A stretch of 64,000 nucleotides of DNA from Camelus ferus (lineage: Eukaryota), in contig NC_045697.1 in the NCBI RefSeq assembly GCF_009834535.1, positions 12,648,001-12,712,000 of the forward strand, read 5' to 3'. How positions within the stretch are numbered: the first letter of the stretch is position 1; every line of letters begins with the position of its first letter. Position numbers and translations under genes: made by a program. Shown here piece after piece: positions 21,866 to 33,990 of the stretch. The notes below the pieces were generated by a model. That model was not told the origin of the DNA. It did no database searches and was given only the letters and a program-made list of their open reading frames with translations.

Positions 21866-23539
21866 GCATATCTGTAAGTCAAGGAGGACACAAAAGGATG
21901 TTTTCCCGAGTTAATTGGCGATGCATTCTCCTTCCGAATTGCTGAGGCTGGAAGCCTTTCAATGCCATGATAATACTGCCTCCAAGTGGTCAAATTTAGA
22001 AAATCTCTCCCAAATCCTTCAGTTAGAGTAAAACCTTATCTTATAAAGGACCAGAGGAATGGGCTGTTAAAGACTTCTGTAGCTATGCTGACTTTGTGGG
22101 GAAACCACTGTGATTGTATGGATAGAACAGTTAATTAAGTCCTGCAGAGGGTGGCTGAGTGTTCTGGATCTTGGAGCTAGTCACAGTGGTGCGACTGTAG
22201 TTTTAAATCACTGGTTTCTGCTCTAGGGAGTAAGGATGAAAATCCCCTTACCCTCCTATTCCAGGGATTGGGGAAATAGAATAACACAGCTTGAAATGCT
22301 CTGACCTTCTAGGTGTGATGGTGTAATAACATGTGTGGGAGCACAGGGGAATCTGACAGCAGAAGCACTGTCACTTGAATGCCGTCGCTTTGTGGGGGTA
22401 TGAGCCGAAGCACGTTTGTAAATTCCCTGAGACTGTGCGTTCTTGTTCTGAAGAAGTCCTGTGAATAGGACCCCAAATACTCTTTTAAAACTGGGTTATT
22501 GTATGAATTGTTTGTTGTAAACTTGCTTTTTAAAATGTAAAATGCAATACTAATCTTAGCTTCGTAATTATTAAATATTTGAATATGATCCTAAGAGCTC
22601 CTGTGGTGAAAAGTCCTTGCTTACTAACTTTTTAGGTAAAGTTGGATAAGCCAGGTGTCCAAGTCTGAGGGGACCCGTTTTCTCACCTCTCTATGTGAAT
22701 TAATGGTTTTGCTTTGCGTATCTCCTTGTGAATGTTATTGACAGGAACCTTTTGGGGAGAAATTGTGAAAACTCTATATTGCGCATGTTAAATGCGTTTC
22801 CTTTCATTCCAGTAACAAATACTTCTTTCCTCCTATTAACAAGTAATAAGGTCACTCACAGATCACAGATTCACCTCAAAGTAAATAATTCCTACGAATT
22901 CATGCATCACTTACTATGAATCATCACGGAGCCAGAAGCTAGACTCCGTCTCAGGCCTGCGGTGTGTAAGTTGAATGTCTTTCCCTAGAAGATACAGTGT
23001 TCCTTTCTCTATGGCAGGTGGCAGTTCGAATATAGATGTTCTACGTGTGGATCGTGTTGGTTTTCCTGTGCCCCATTAAAATGCATTTTCTGAATAACTC
23101 GGCTTAAGAGAGTGAATAATTTACAAAGAAAACTCTCCATCCTCCCTCCAACATTAGCAATAAGAGCATGTTCTGTTCTCCCTAAGCCCCTTCCCCATTA
23201 AAAGAATGTGTCACATCAGAAAGTGCAGTTCTTTTCTGATTGGCATTTACTGAGGTCACACTGTGTGTTGAACAGAAACTTCTTTGAGTTTATGATGATG
23301 AACACCCAACCCACCTCTGTCCCCTCCCTCCCAGCTCCTCCCAGAGTGGAGGGTCAGCGCAGCAGAAGTGGGGTGTCTGTGTCCTGATGGGTCCCTGAGA
23401 GCAGCTTGACTTTAACAGAATGGAGAAAATACACTCACCCCACAGTATTTCTGAGAGAATACACGGAGACTTTAAACGAGATGAATGAGCTCTGGGGAAT
23501 GAGAATGGGAGTGGAGAGTCCTGAGAGGACTGAAGTACT

Positions 23540-23920
23540 TCCATTTCCCCTTTTTAGGTTTAATGCTGTTTTTCTTACTACATATGAATACATATCACTT
23601 CTGGATAAAACTAGATACCATGTAGATAATAAAAAGGACGATATCCATAAGTACAGACAGCATAAGCATTTCAATATATTTTCAATGAAAAAAAGTAAGT
23701 CCCAGGATCACATGTATAGTGATAGTTAGATTATGTATAATATACGTGTATATATACATTTAGAAAAATTATGAACGTCTACATAACCATATGGTTAAAA
23801 TTACTCTCTTTAAGGTTTTCAGGTGAAGATGTACTTAAATTTTTTTCTTCCATACTCCTAGTTTTGATTGAATTTTTATACTAAACTGTCATTTATGGTT
23901 ACTTGTATAATTGAAAAAAA
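23540..23920 (+). mobile_element. Old L1 (L1MC/L1ME-type) 3' fragment
   Basis: cataagcatttcaatatattttcaatgaaaaaaagtaagtccc; atggttaaaattactctc. Confidence 0.5.
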
Positions 23921-24544
23921 ATATATTTTTGTACAGATTGGCCAGATTGGGTGGTTGTTCCCAACTGATGAATACACCCGTTTGTCCGGGGCTCTTCCAA
24001 GTCTCCACCCAGGTCTCCTTCCTTGTCTCTAGGCTGCGTCTCTCCTGGATGTGTTTTCTCCCCGCCCCAGGCTGGTAGAGGGGCCTGGTCGTGCTTCCAG
24101 CACGGTCCACTCCTCCTCCCACCAGAGAACTTGTCTCACTGCATTTCAACTGCTTAGTAATTATCTGACCTCAGTAGTCCATAAGTAATTTAGGTTATAT
24201 TTCTGTGTTTCAGGCATAGATTCTGACATATAATAGATTCCGAAATCAATGTTTATTAAATTGACAGATAAACGGAAGGAAGGAAAGAAAGAAGGAAGGG
24301 AGGGAGAGAGAGAGAAGGGAGTAATATCTATAAGAGAGGTGGTCAGATTGGAGCTTAATAGGAAAGAAAAATGCGTCAGTTTTTATTCAGCTCTAAGGAA
24401 CAAAAGAAAATTTTCAGTCACTGGAGAGATATATTATTTGGAAACAAGAATTTTTCACCACGTTTACCATGTGCCATGTTCTTATAACCTCTTTGATATA
24501 TACAAGAAGAAATCATTATAATTACATTTATAATAATTTTAAAA

Positions 24545-24750
24545 ATTAATGTATGAGAATAAACTGAAGAATTGTGTAGGAGGTATGTAAAGAAAATCAT
24601 GAGAATTTATTGAAGGACACGAGAGGGTACTGGAATAAATAAAGAGACATTCCAGTTCAGTAGATGGGAATACAGGATGCTGAAGTGATGCTAATTATCC
24701 ACAAACGTCTTTTATCTTTGATGCAATTACAGTGCAACTCCCAATGGAAC
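24545..24750 (+). mobile_element. Old L1 ORF2 fragment
   Basis: aataaataaagagacattccagttcagtagatgggaatac...gatgcaattacagtgcaactcccaatgg. Confidence 0.55.
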
Positions 24751-24759
24751 TGCTTCCTT

Positions 24760-25220
24760 CCCTTCTCTCCCCACCTTCCCTTCCCCACGCTGGCATTATT
24801 GCTGCTCCCTGAGCTTCAGGCTCTCCCCAGGCTCAGCACTTTTGCATCTGCAGTTCCTTATATTACATTTCTCTTTTCCCAGATCTTCTAGTGGCTGCCT
24901 CTCCTGTCAACACAGACCTCAGCCCAAGTGTCACTGTCTCAGAGAAATCTCTCCACCACCCAACGTAAAGTAACCGGTAAGTCACAAAGTCACTCTCTAC
25001 TACATTACCCTGCTTGCTTTTTTTCATAGCACTTACCAGGATTTGAAAATACATCTTTATACGTTTTCATGCATATAATCTATTTTTCCTCACTAGAAGG
25101 TAAACTCCACGGGAGCAGGGGCATCTTCTAACTTAACTTGACTGCATTCCTGCCTCCCTATAAAACAGTGCCCGGTACAAGGAAGACATTCCATTGACTG
25201 GTTTTGTTCTTAATGAATGA
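24760..25220 (+). mobile_element. L2a 3' end
   Basis: ttttgcatctgcagttcct; gtcactgtctcagagaaatct; cactagaaggtaaactccacgggagcagggg; acagtgcccggtaca; aatgaatga. Confidence 0.8.
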
Positions 25221-25369
25221 TCAATGTTCTAATTTTGAGAGATCATTCAGCAATGGACTCGTAACCCTTAACTGTTTTCCTTTAAATGTGCCCAGAGATT
25301 TATTAGTCTAGTTTTAATTTGGATCACATTGTATTAAAATCACTTCTGTATTTCGCCTGAGTATGATTC

Positions 25370-25560
25370 GCATCTCGGTCGCCTTTTAGCTGTGTGACTT
25401 TGGGCAAGTTGCTTAACTTTTCCCAGTCTCAACTTCCTCATCTATAAAATGGGAATAACAAGGGAAGCAAGCTGATTTCTTGTGGCTCATAAGTGAATGA
25501 ATAGATATGATAACTTCAAACATTGTCTGGCATATAGTAAACTCTCAATAAATGTCAGTA
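25370..25560 (+). mobile_element. MIR SINE
   Basis: tagctgtgtgactttgggcaagttgcttaac...ttcctcatctataaaatgggaataac...tggcatatagtaaactctcaataaatg. Confidence 0.8.
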
Positions 25561-25979
25561 ACCATTTATTAATTACATAATATTATTTTCCTCTTGGAAG
25601 TCTGGCATAGAGGTGCCTTAACTTATGGCCATCCAGTTTTTGAAAGGCTCTTTGTAAGTTATTTGTTTGTGAGTCCAAAATCACATTCCACAAGGGCTAA
25701 TGTGGATGTATTGGTGCAGTTTGGTTTCACAAGAGAGCTGTGCAGGTTGATGGTATCAGTTTTGATAATCCCCTTTGCACAGATACTGCTCATAATTTTC
25801 TTACAATCTATTGTTCAAATGTCCTCTTTCTTTCCTATCAAAATTTCCAGACTTGTCCTGTAAGCACTCTTACTGCATTTTAAAACAAACAGTAGCATAA
25901 ATACGTGACTGCTAATGGGCTCTGTAGTGGTGGGCAGAGGTGATGTTTCTGCTTTGATAGAAAACTGTATCTCTTCTTT

Positions 25980-26110
25980 CAGCCGATATTTATGGCACGT
26001 TCACCTTGTCCCAGGCACTGCTGTAGTCTCGGGAATGACGTGAAGAATAGAGCAGATCGGGCTCTGCTCCCTCATGATTTACATTTACTTGCTTATGAAA
26101 GGGTAGATAT
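25980..26110 (-). mobile_element. L2 3' tail
   Basis: atatttatggcacgttcaccttgtcccaggcactgctg...ctctgctccctcatgatttacatt. Confidence 0.5.
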
Positions 26111-27094
26111 TGAAAATTTTAAGCACAAGACTTCATGTGTTTTCAGATGGGGTTTGGCCCTTTAAGGGCTCTGCAGCTCACTATGTACTAGGGTTGTTTT
26201 CTCTTTGGGAGAATGTCACCCTTGCTTTCAGCATTAGATATGGGTATGCCATATGCTAAGTGATTTGACATTTCAGTTGGATTTAAACCGATTGACATTG
26301 ACAGCTTCATGCCAAAGTGTGTTAATTCTTAATCAGAAATGATATCCCCTTGGACCAATGAATGTGTTTAGCATTAATTGGCAGTGGCTGCCTGTAAGCT
26401 TTCTATGGGAAGATGTGGACAGAAAGGAAAATTCAAGCAGTTTAGGGGGAAAATAAGTGTGTTTATGAATCAGCTCTGTCAAAGAGAATTTATTAGCTTT
26501 TTGTGTAAACTACGTTTTATTCCTTGACCATTTGTGTCTTCATTCAAATAGCATTCAAGAGCATATGCTACATGCTATGAGCTCGAGGGGTACCAAGACT
26601 CTCCATCCCTTAAGGAGCTCGTAGTCTGAGGGTGGCATCACATAAGGAAACAAAAGACTGGCAAGCAGCGCAGTCGGTTCTCATGATCTTCGGGAGGACT
26701 TGGTGCTGCCCTCTTTGGCACAGCTGAACTCATTCTGCAGGAGATATGAAAGGTTTTGCACAGGAAATGGAAATCAATGTTTCTGCATATTGAGAAATCT
26801 GATTTATTTTTTTCTTTAGAATTCCAATTCTTTATAAGGACCCCCCCCCACATCGATACATATTCAAAGGCTCTCTCCCCATTGCCGCAGGGTCAAAAAA
26901 ATGTGGATTTCGTGAGAGAATGCAGCTGCCAGTGGTGCACAATGTTGGAGGCAGAATGAGCTCAGGAGGAAGACTGCTGGATGTCTTGCTTTTGCTAGTT
27001 TCTCAAGCCCAAATTCTGGGTGACTTCTCTCTGCCATTCTCCACATCTGATTAATCACCAAGTTCTGTCAGTCTTCTCTCCTGCGCATCTTTCT

Positions 27095-27450
27095 GGTCTG
27101 CTTTTAATTGGTCTGGGATGCAGCTTTGGTATCAGCAGCTTTAAAATCCCCTCAGGTGATTCTAACATATACGGACGTTTGAGAACCACTGGTTTCCAAC
27201 TAAATCAGGATCTCTGGGGGAAAGACCCAGGCGTCGCTATTTTGCTAGCTTTTCCCAGATAACACCAATATGCCCCCGAATTTGGGAACCACTGCTGTTG
27301 TGCAGAGCATCTCAAACATCTCCTGGGGAACTTGTGGAAATGTGGATTATGATTTGGTAATTCTGGGGTGGGGCCTGAGATTCTGCATTTCGGAGAATCT
27401 TCCAGGTGATGCCCACCCTGCTGGTCTGAGGATCCCACTGTGAGCAGAAG
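27095..27450. mobile_element. Cluster of three MER5-type (hAT-Charlie MITE) fragments
   Basis: ctcaggtgattctaacatatacggacgtttgagaaccactg (about 27151-27191); gaatttgggaaccactg (about 27278-27294); ctggggtggggcctgagattctgcatttc...ccaggtgatgc (27363-27412). Confidence 0.72.
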
Positions 27451-27559
27451 AGACTAGAGTCATGCAGGAGCCTTATAAACGGCCCACGTGCTTTCAAACG
27501 TGGGACGCTGCCAGCAGTGCGATGTTTCTAAGACACATACAGTCATGTCACCTCTCTCT

Positions 27560-28036
27560 TTAAAACCCACCATCAGATTATTAATATTTCCAAACCTTGT
27601 ATAATGGTTTACAGGTCCCTCTAAGCTCATGCTCCACCTCACCTACCAGTTTTATTTCTAGCCACTCCCTCCCCTACACGTTCCAGCCGTGTCCTTGTAC
27701 TTGAGCTTCATAGCAGCGCCGTGCTCCTTCCGGCCTTAGGGTGTGTGTAGACTGTTCCTTCAGCTGGAGAATCATCATATCCTGACAAATCTTTATTTAT
27801 TTTAGCTTAGATAGCACATCTTCTAACTTCTCCACTCTCCCCCTTCTTCAGGCTGGATCAGGGACACCTTCAAATATGCTCATAATTACCCGGCTTATTA
27901 TAATTTACTACTTGTTTGTATGTCTTCATTATGAAGGATAAGACATGTTTCCTTTATCCACTCTAATTTCCTAGTTCAATATTTAACACATGATAGATGT
28001 TTCATAAATATCATTAAATATGTGTTAAATGAATAA
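27560..28036 (+). mobile_element. L2 3' end
   Basis: tggtttacaggtccctc; actgttccttcagctggaga; ends atgtgttaaatgaataaa. Confidence 0.72.
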
Positions 28037-28339
28037 ACAGACAACATCAAAATTTGGTGAGGAGCTACAACTTTGGTAGAAACCAATTAGAAAATATTTT
28101 GAGTAAATGCATTTGAAGATTACAACTTACAAATAAGCCTTTATACAGAAAGTATTTCACCTGACCAAGGAAAACATGACATGGGACCTTTATAAGAGGA
28201 TACAGTCTTACAGAAAATGGAAAAACTCTCCTTCCCAAACATAAACATACCCAGTTAAGGATTATTTCTATGTGAAAAGGAACTGGAGGCGGATAACCCA
28301 CTGGCTGTGCTTCATGATTCCTTGTATATAATCTTTAAA

Positions 28340-29080
28340 GTAAACTTTGTGTCCAAAAAATCATTGCCATGACTAATACCAAGGAGCTTTTTTCCCTGTT
28401 TTCTTCTAGAGATTCTGNNNNNNNNNNNNNNNNNNNNNNNNNNNNNNNNNNNNNNNNNNNNNNNNNNNNNNNNNNNNNNNNNNNNNNNNNNNNNNNNNNN
28501 NNNNNNNNNNNNNNNNNNNNNNNNNNNNNNNNNNNNNNNNNNNNNNNNNNCTGATTTTGTGTTCTTGGCATCCTTGTCAAAGATTATGTGTGTGGGGGTT
28601 TATTTCTGGGCTTCACATTCTGACCCATTGGTCTACGTGTTTNNNNNNNNNNNNNNNNNNNNNNNNNNNNNNNNNNNNNNNNNNNNNNNNNNNNNNNNNN
28701 NNNNNNNNNNNNNNNNNNNNNNNNNNNNNNNNNNNNNNNNNNNNNNNNNNNNNNNNNNNNNNNNNNNNNNNNNNNNNNNNNNGGTTGTTTTCCTATTTCT
28801 GTAAAAAGTGCTGTTGGAGTTTTGATAGGAATTTTATTGAATCTGTGGATTGCTTTGGGTATTATGGCTATTTAAACAATATTAACTGAAGAATACAGGA
28901 TATCTGTCCATTCATCTNNNNNNNNNNNNNNNNNNNNNNNNNNNNNNNNNNNNNNNNNNNNNNNNNNNNNNNNNNNNNNNNNNNNNNNNNNNNNNNNNNN
29001 NNNNNNNNNNNNNNNNNNNNNNNNNNNNNNNNNNNNNNNNNNNNNNNNNNNNNNNNNNNNNNATTGTTAGTGTACAAAAA
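28340..29080 (-). mobile_element. L1 ORF2 segment, inverted (contains three N gaps)
   Basis: gtccaaaaaatcattgcc...aaggagcttttttccctgttttcttctag; ggtttatttctgggc; ttttgataggaattttattgaatctgtggattgctttggg; attgttagtgtaca. Confidence 0.85.
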
Positions 29081-29237
29081 AGCCTAGGCAATAANNNNNN
29101 NNNNNNNNNNNNNNNNNNNNNNNNNNNNNNNNNNNNNNNNNNNNNNNNNNNNNNNNNNNNNNNNNNNNNNNNNNNNNNNNNNNNNNNNNNNNNNNNNNNN
29201 NNNNNNNNNNNNNNNNNNNNNNNNNNNNNNNNNNNNN
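28418..29237. other. Four assembly gaps (N runs 28418-28550, 28643-28782, 28918-29062, 29095-29237)
   Basis: Direct read: 133, 140, 145 and 143 N separated by 92, 135 and 32 bp islands. Confidence 0.97.
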
Positions 29238-29738
29238 ATATACAAGGAACACGTATAACTCAATAGCAAAAGAAGAAATAACCTAATTAAAACACAGGCC
29301 AAGGACCTGAATAGACATTTCCCCAAAGAAGTCATACAAATGGCCAACAGCTACATGAAAAGGTGCTTACCAGCACTAATCATCAGGGAGATGCAATTCA
29401 AAATCTCAATGAGGTATTACCTCATAGAATGGCTATTATCAAAAGATAAGAGATAACAAATGTTGGTGAGGATGTAGAAAAAAAGAAAAAAAGTGTGCAC
29501 TGTTGATGTGAATACAAATTGGTGCAACCACTAAGGAAAACAGTATGAAAGTTCCTCAAGAAGTTAAAAATATAACTACCATATAATCCAGTAATCCTAC
29601 TTATGGGTATATTTCCAAAGGAAATTAAATCAGTACCTTGAAGACGTATTTGGATTCCCATGTTCGGCATTATTCACAACAGCCGAGTTACAGAAACAAC
29701 CTAGATGTCCATTGATGGATGAATGGATAAAGGAAGAA

Positions 29739-29740
<2 letters not shown>
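29081..29740 (+). mobile_element. L1 ORF2 3' segment, sense
   Basis: gacctgaatagacatttccccaaagaag; atcatcagggagatgcaattcaaa; gaatggctattatcaaaag; cctagatgtccattgatggatgaatggataaag. Confidence 0.9.

Positions 29741-29776
<36 letters not shown>
29741..29776 (+). repeat. (AC)18 microsatellite followed by TA-rich degenerate repeat to about 29850
   Basis: Direct read. Confidence 0.95.
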
Positions 29777-29780
<4 letters not shown>

Positions 29781-29919
29781 TTATATACACATACACATAT
29801 ACAATATATATATATACACATACCTATACATCTGTGCATAAAATGCATATATCTAAATTGGATAGATTCCTAATTGGATAAATGTCCAGAGTTGGGAATA
29901 TCAGTTTATTATCTGCTTC

Positions 29920-30034
29920 TTATTTTTTTAAAAAAGGAATGCAATTTATTTATTTAGGTGGAGGTACTGAGGGTTTAACCCTGGACCTCATGCATGCTAA
30001 GTATGCACTCTACCTCTGAGCTATTACCCTCCCC
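29920..30034 (-). mobile_element. Second, more diverged tRNA-Ala-derived camelid SINE (vic-1 type)
   Basis: Reverse complement GGGGAGGGTAATAGCTCAGAGGTAGAGTGCATACTTAGCATGCATGAGGTCCAGGGTTAAACCCTCAGTACCTCCACCTAAATAAATAAA. Confidence 0.9.
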
Positions 30035-30129
30035 ACTCTGCTTGTTTTTGAGAAGAGCATCTTCTCCAAGCTCTTCTGACCACTGGGCTTTGCAGATACT
30101 GATTCTGCAGCTGAAATATCTGGGAGTGA

Positions 30130-30320
30130 AACATGTCACATTATGATGGAAGTTTTCACCTAACAGTATGGGAAGTTAGGCTAAATGGACTTCAGGGATG
30201 TTTCTTTCTTTCTCATCCAACTGATAGGGTTTTTCATAAAGGTATAATGAGATAATTTATGCAAAGAGCTTAGCGATCCACCTGACATCTGTCAGGCACT
30301 CAATAAATAATAGCTGGTGT
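30130..30320 (+). mobile_element. MIR SINE
   Basis: gataatttatgcaaagagcttagc...caggcactcaataaataatagctg. Confidence 0.5.
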
Positions 30321-32229
30321 CATAACTGTTAACAGTGGTCTGATTTCTGGCCTTCCTCCATGATTCCCTTAGATAAACTGCTCATAGGAAAAGCTGTTGT
30401 AAAGCCAACTTTAGAAGAATAAGAAGTGAAATAAGAAATTAATTATACAAGTTTAAAAACAGCATCAAATTTGAAAACACAAGGGCTATTTGAGATGATA
30501 TTTGCTTAAATTAGAACATGATGCAGGATTCAAATTTGACTTGGGATCTGTGACCTTGAGAAGAAACATCCTTCTGAGAAAAAAAAATTATCTTTCAGCT
30601 TTGATACAGTCAGGAACTACCAAGAGAATTGTCAGTTTTGTGGTTTGCGCCCTTAGGCACCCTGGGCAGAAGGGACCATCAGTTGCTATAGCAGCACCTA
30701 CTTTAGGAGTATTTTTATTGCAGATATATGTCTTTGTAAAAAATAGTGGTGGAGTGGTTACGCGTGAAATATCACTTGTAAACTTCAATTTGCAGCTCAT
30801 TTTGAGTCTGGAATAAAATTTAGGTGTGATATTTCTAGCAGTGAAGGAATCCATATATGGATATTAGAAAAGATTTGTTGATATAAAAACAGGGTCTTTT
30901 CTTCTTTTAAAAATCTAGTTACAACAGCTGTTTAAAGTGACAAGAGTACAAAGGCTAGATGAGAATTTGCTGTCCAAAGAGAGATTTTTTTTTTCAAGAT
31001 TTTAGAAAGGGAAAAAAATATCCAAGTAAAGGATTCATGGAATAACATGATATTGGCAGAAAGTCATCGTTTCTTAGAACTGGATCAAACTCTGAGAACA
31101 TCTTCAAGTATCCCAAGAAGAATGTTATGTTATATACTTTAAACTTTTCAGAAATGAGTCCCTCATTTCTTTTGAGCCCCTTCCTATAATGTCAGAGGAA
31201 ATTAGGAAAATTATCTAGGCATGGATATGACTAGTCAGCAAGGGTTTTCTACAGATTTGGGGAAGACAGAAAGGAGACAGGACAGGGCGAGTCACTGCAG
31301 CATAAACACATATCAGAAGAGGCTTTCAGACATGAGGGCCAGTCAGTCCGGTGCAGCTCCCAGCAACCTGTGGCTGGATATGAAGGCTCATCACTGGGAC
31401 AAGTACGCTGAAACTGACAAGGGACATTGAGGATCCATTCACAGGAAAGTTGCTTCAGCCTGGTGGCCCTACCATCCTCTCCCAAGCCTCTGAACACTGT
31501 GGGGGAGTTAGAAGATACTTGGACAAAATTTGGACCACTCATTTTCTTTTCTTTTTCAAGGTGGATCTGTGCATATGCTAAGGTTCTGAGCTGCCACATA
31601 CCAGGAATACTGAAATTTTCAGTTTGTTTCTAATCAGGAACAGTAAAACCTTGTCAAGTATTTTTCACGTATGTACCTTTGAGTCTTTGGAAAGATGGCA
31701 TAGAGCAGTTATGAGAAGAGTGGGTGCTGGTGCCAGATTGTCAGTGTTCAAAATTTATCAGCTGTGTTACCAGGAACAAGGGAAGTACAGACTGGCTGCA
31801 AAGATTAAGGACGCAGACCAGGGGACTTTACTCTGACAAAACTGAAGCAAGTATTTGGAAAAGCTAACTATTCTAGTGTGAAATTCAATACCTCTGAATA
31901 AAACTCTGTCACACTAACATTTGTCTAGATCTAGGGAATCTGGCTAGATCCTTTTCCAGGAAAAAAAAAACACCCAAAAACTGTTGCTTTTGGACTTGCC
32001 TGAGAGCCAGGCACTGCCTGCTCCTCCTCCTGTGACACTGGCCAGTCATTCAGTATAGCTTCCCCTCCAGGAACGTATCTTTCCCACACAGAAATGTCAT
32101 TAAAATTCCCACTCCAAGACTTGGTTGGAAGGACCCCTCCACATGTAGAGCAGAGGTGACCCATGTGAGCTGGCAAGTCCTTCGTTTTAAACATGTAGAG
32201 ACAACCACGAGTCACTAGTTGTATGTAAA

Positions 32230-33990
32230 GAACTAGAAGTATGAAAGAGAAAGGCCACTACAAACAGAAAAACTCACCCTGGAGGAAATAGATACAATTC
32301 AGGGAACAGAAGGAAAGTTAATACACCCAGAATCAATTAGATATCACAAAAATAAAGTAAAAATAGTATTCTCTAAAAAAGAAAATCAGAAAACAGTAAG
32401 AACTAAAAATATGATTGAAAAATCAAAAATTTCTATTCACAGCCTGATACATAAATTTGAAGTAATGTCTTAGAACTTAAAACAAAAAGGACAAAGATAG
32501 GGAGAATGTGAGAAAATAAAAGGAGCCTACCAGAGCAATACAAGAGGGCGACTGTCGGCCAATTAAACCACAGAAACAGAAGTCATACTAAGTGGAAAAG
32601 AGAAAATTATTAAAAGATAAAAGAAGAGAATTTCTTAAGGGTAAAGGAAGGACACACATTTTCATAGTAAAAGGTCATACTAAGTGTCCAGAACAATGAA
32701 TGTGGGAAAAAGGACTCACATCTGGAAACATCACTGTGAAATTTCAGAACATCAAGGATAACACAGATCCTAGCAGCTTCCAGAAACACTTGTTGCTGGA
32801 AAATAAAGGCTCATATTCTAAAACTTTCAGGGAAATTTAAAAAACATCTAGTCTTTCGCAGGAAGTTAACTTGAAAATGTACTGTAACGAAGCGTTATAC
32901 ACACATAAGCAAAGATGAAGGCATGCAGGAACCAGCAGGTCTGGACTAGCAGATAGTTAGCGGGGTCTGTACAGCGAGAAAACAGTGTGCATTTGCAGAA
33001 GGAGGGAGCTTCCAAGGGAGGTTTTCTAGGGAAAAAAATAAAGAGTTGGGTCAGCATAGATAGATAATCAAGAGATTGATTTTTTTTAAAAGTGAAGATA
33101 TAATTATGGCAAATAATATAAGGATAAAGGGAAGTAACCAAAATTTTAAAATCCAACCAAAAAATATTACAGATAGGAAGTAAAATGACACATGTAATAA
33201 TTTGCAGCAATATATGGAACATAGTAAAAGAGAATCCATTCACAGTGACGGCTGCATTGGTTGAAGAGGCCCAAGCAGCGGCGTGGAGGGCGAGACCACG
33301 GTGCTGGTGGCTGTATGCGCGGACTTCTTGCCTCTCTTCCCTTCTCTACATACTGAATTTTTCCCAATTTATTTAATGTTTACCCAAGCCATATGCATGT
33401 GGTAACAAATTGAATAATACAGACTATTCCTCCTCATTAGATCCAAGAACTCAATATAGGACCTGTAGAAAAACAAACACGATCTTAACATATCATACTT
33501 ATTAAATGCTGTTCTTTGCTTTTCACCTTTTATGATCAATTTATGGATGATTCACAAGTGAAAGTGGGATAGAGATAAAGGAGGCGTGAAAGAGGAGGAA
33601 CAAAGAACTTGCTGCTGAAAACCAAGAGACACCGTCAAAAGTTGGTGGAACAAGAAATCAAGGTATAACTGATGTTGCAGAGATGATCATTTGATGGACT
33701 GAAAAGACAGTATAAATGGTAACCTTTGGGAAGAAGGGAAGGGAGAGAGTGGAGGTTCAGGCAGTTAAATATCATAATACAGAGTCATTAGTTGTGGTCA
33801 TAGGTTAAGTCAGGAAATGTAGTTGTTAACATGTTACTTCATATCAGAAAGAAAATTATCAGAAGGGCTAAAAACAAATGCTGAAAGATGATGCCGTGTG
33901 TAACTGAACCTCTTTGTATGATGGAATGTGGGAAAGGAGTTTTGCTTTTTTAATAAAAATTAAAGCTATCGTTTGATTTGTTAAAAAAAA
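32230..33990 (+). mobile_element. HAL1/L1ME-type ORF1-containing old LINE relic
   Basis: A-rich ORF1-like stretch with ggactcacatctggaaacatcactgtgaaatttcagaacatcaaggata...cagcttccaga; HAL1-like 3' region to an A-run at about 33983-33992. Confidence 0.55.

Noticed and set aside
28335-29347. ORFs containing long X runs
   Set aside because: Artefacts of N gaps within an L1.
32866-33243. Longest ORF (125 aa, minus strand, hydrophobic)
   Set aside because: It is the antisense reading of A-rich HAL1/L1 sequence, which gives F/I/L-rich pseudo-membrane peptides; no recognisable domain.
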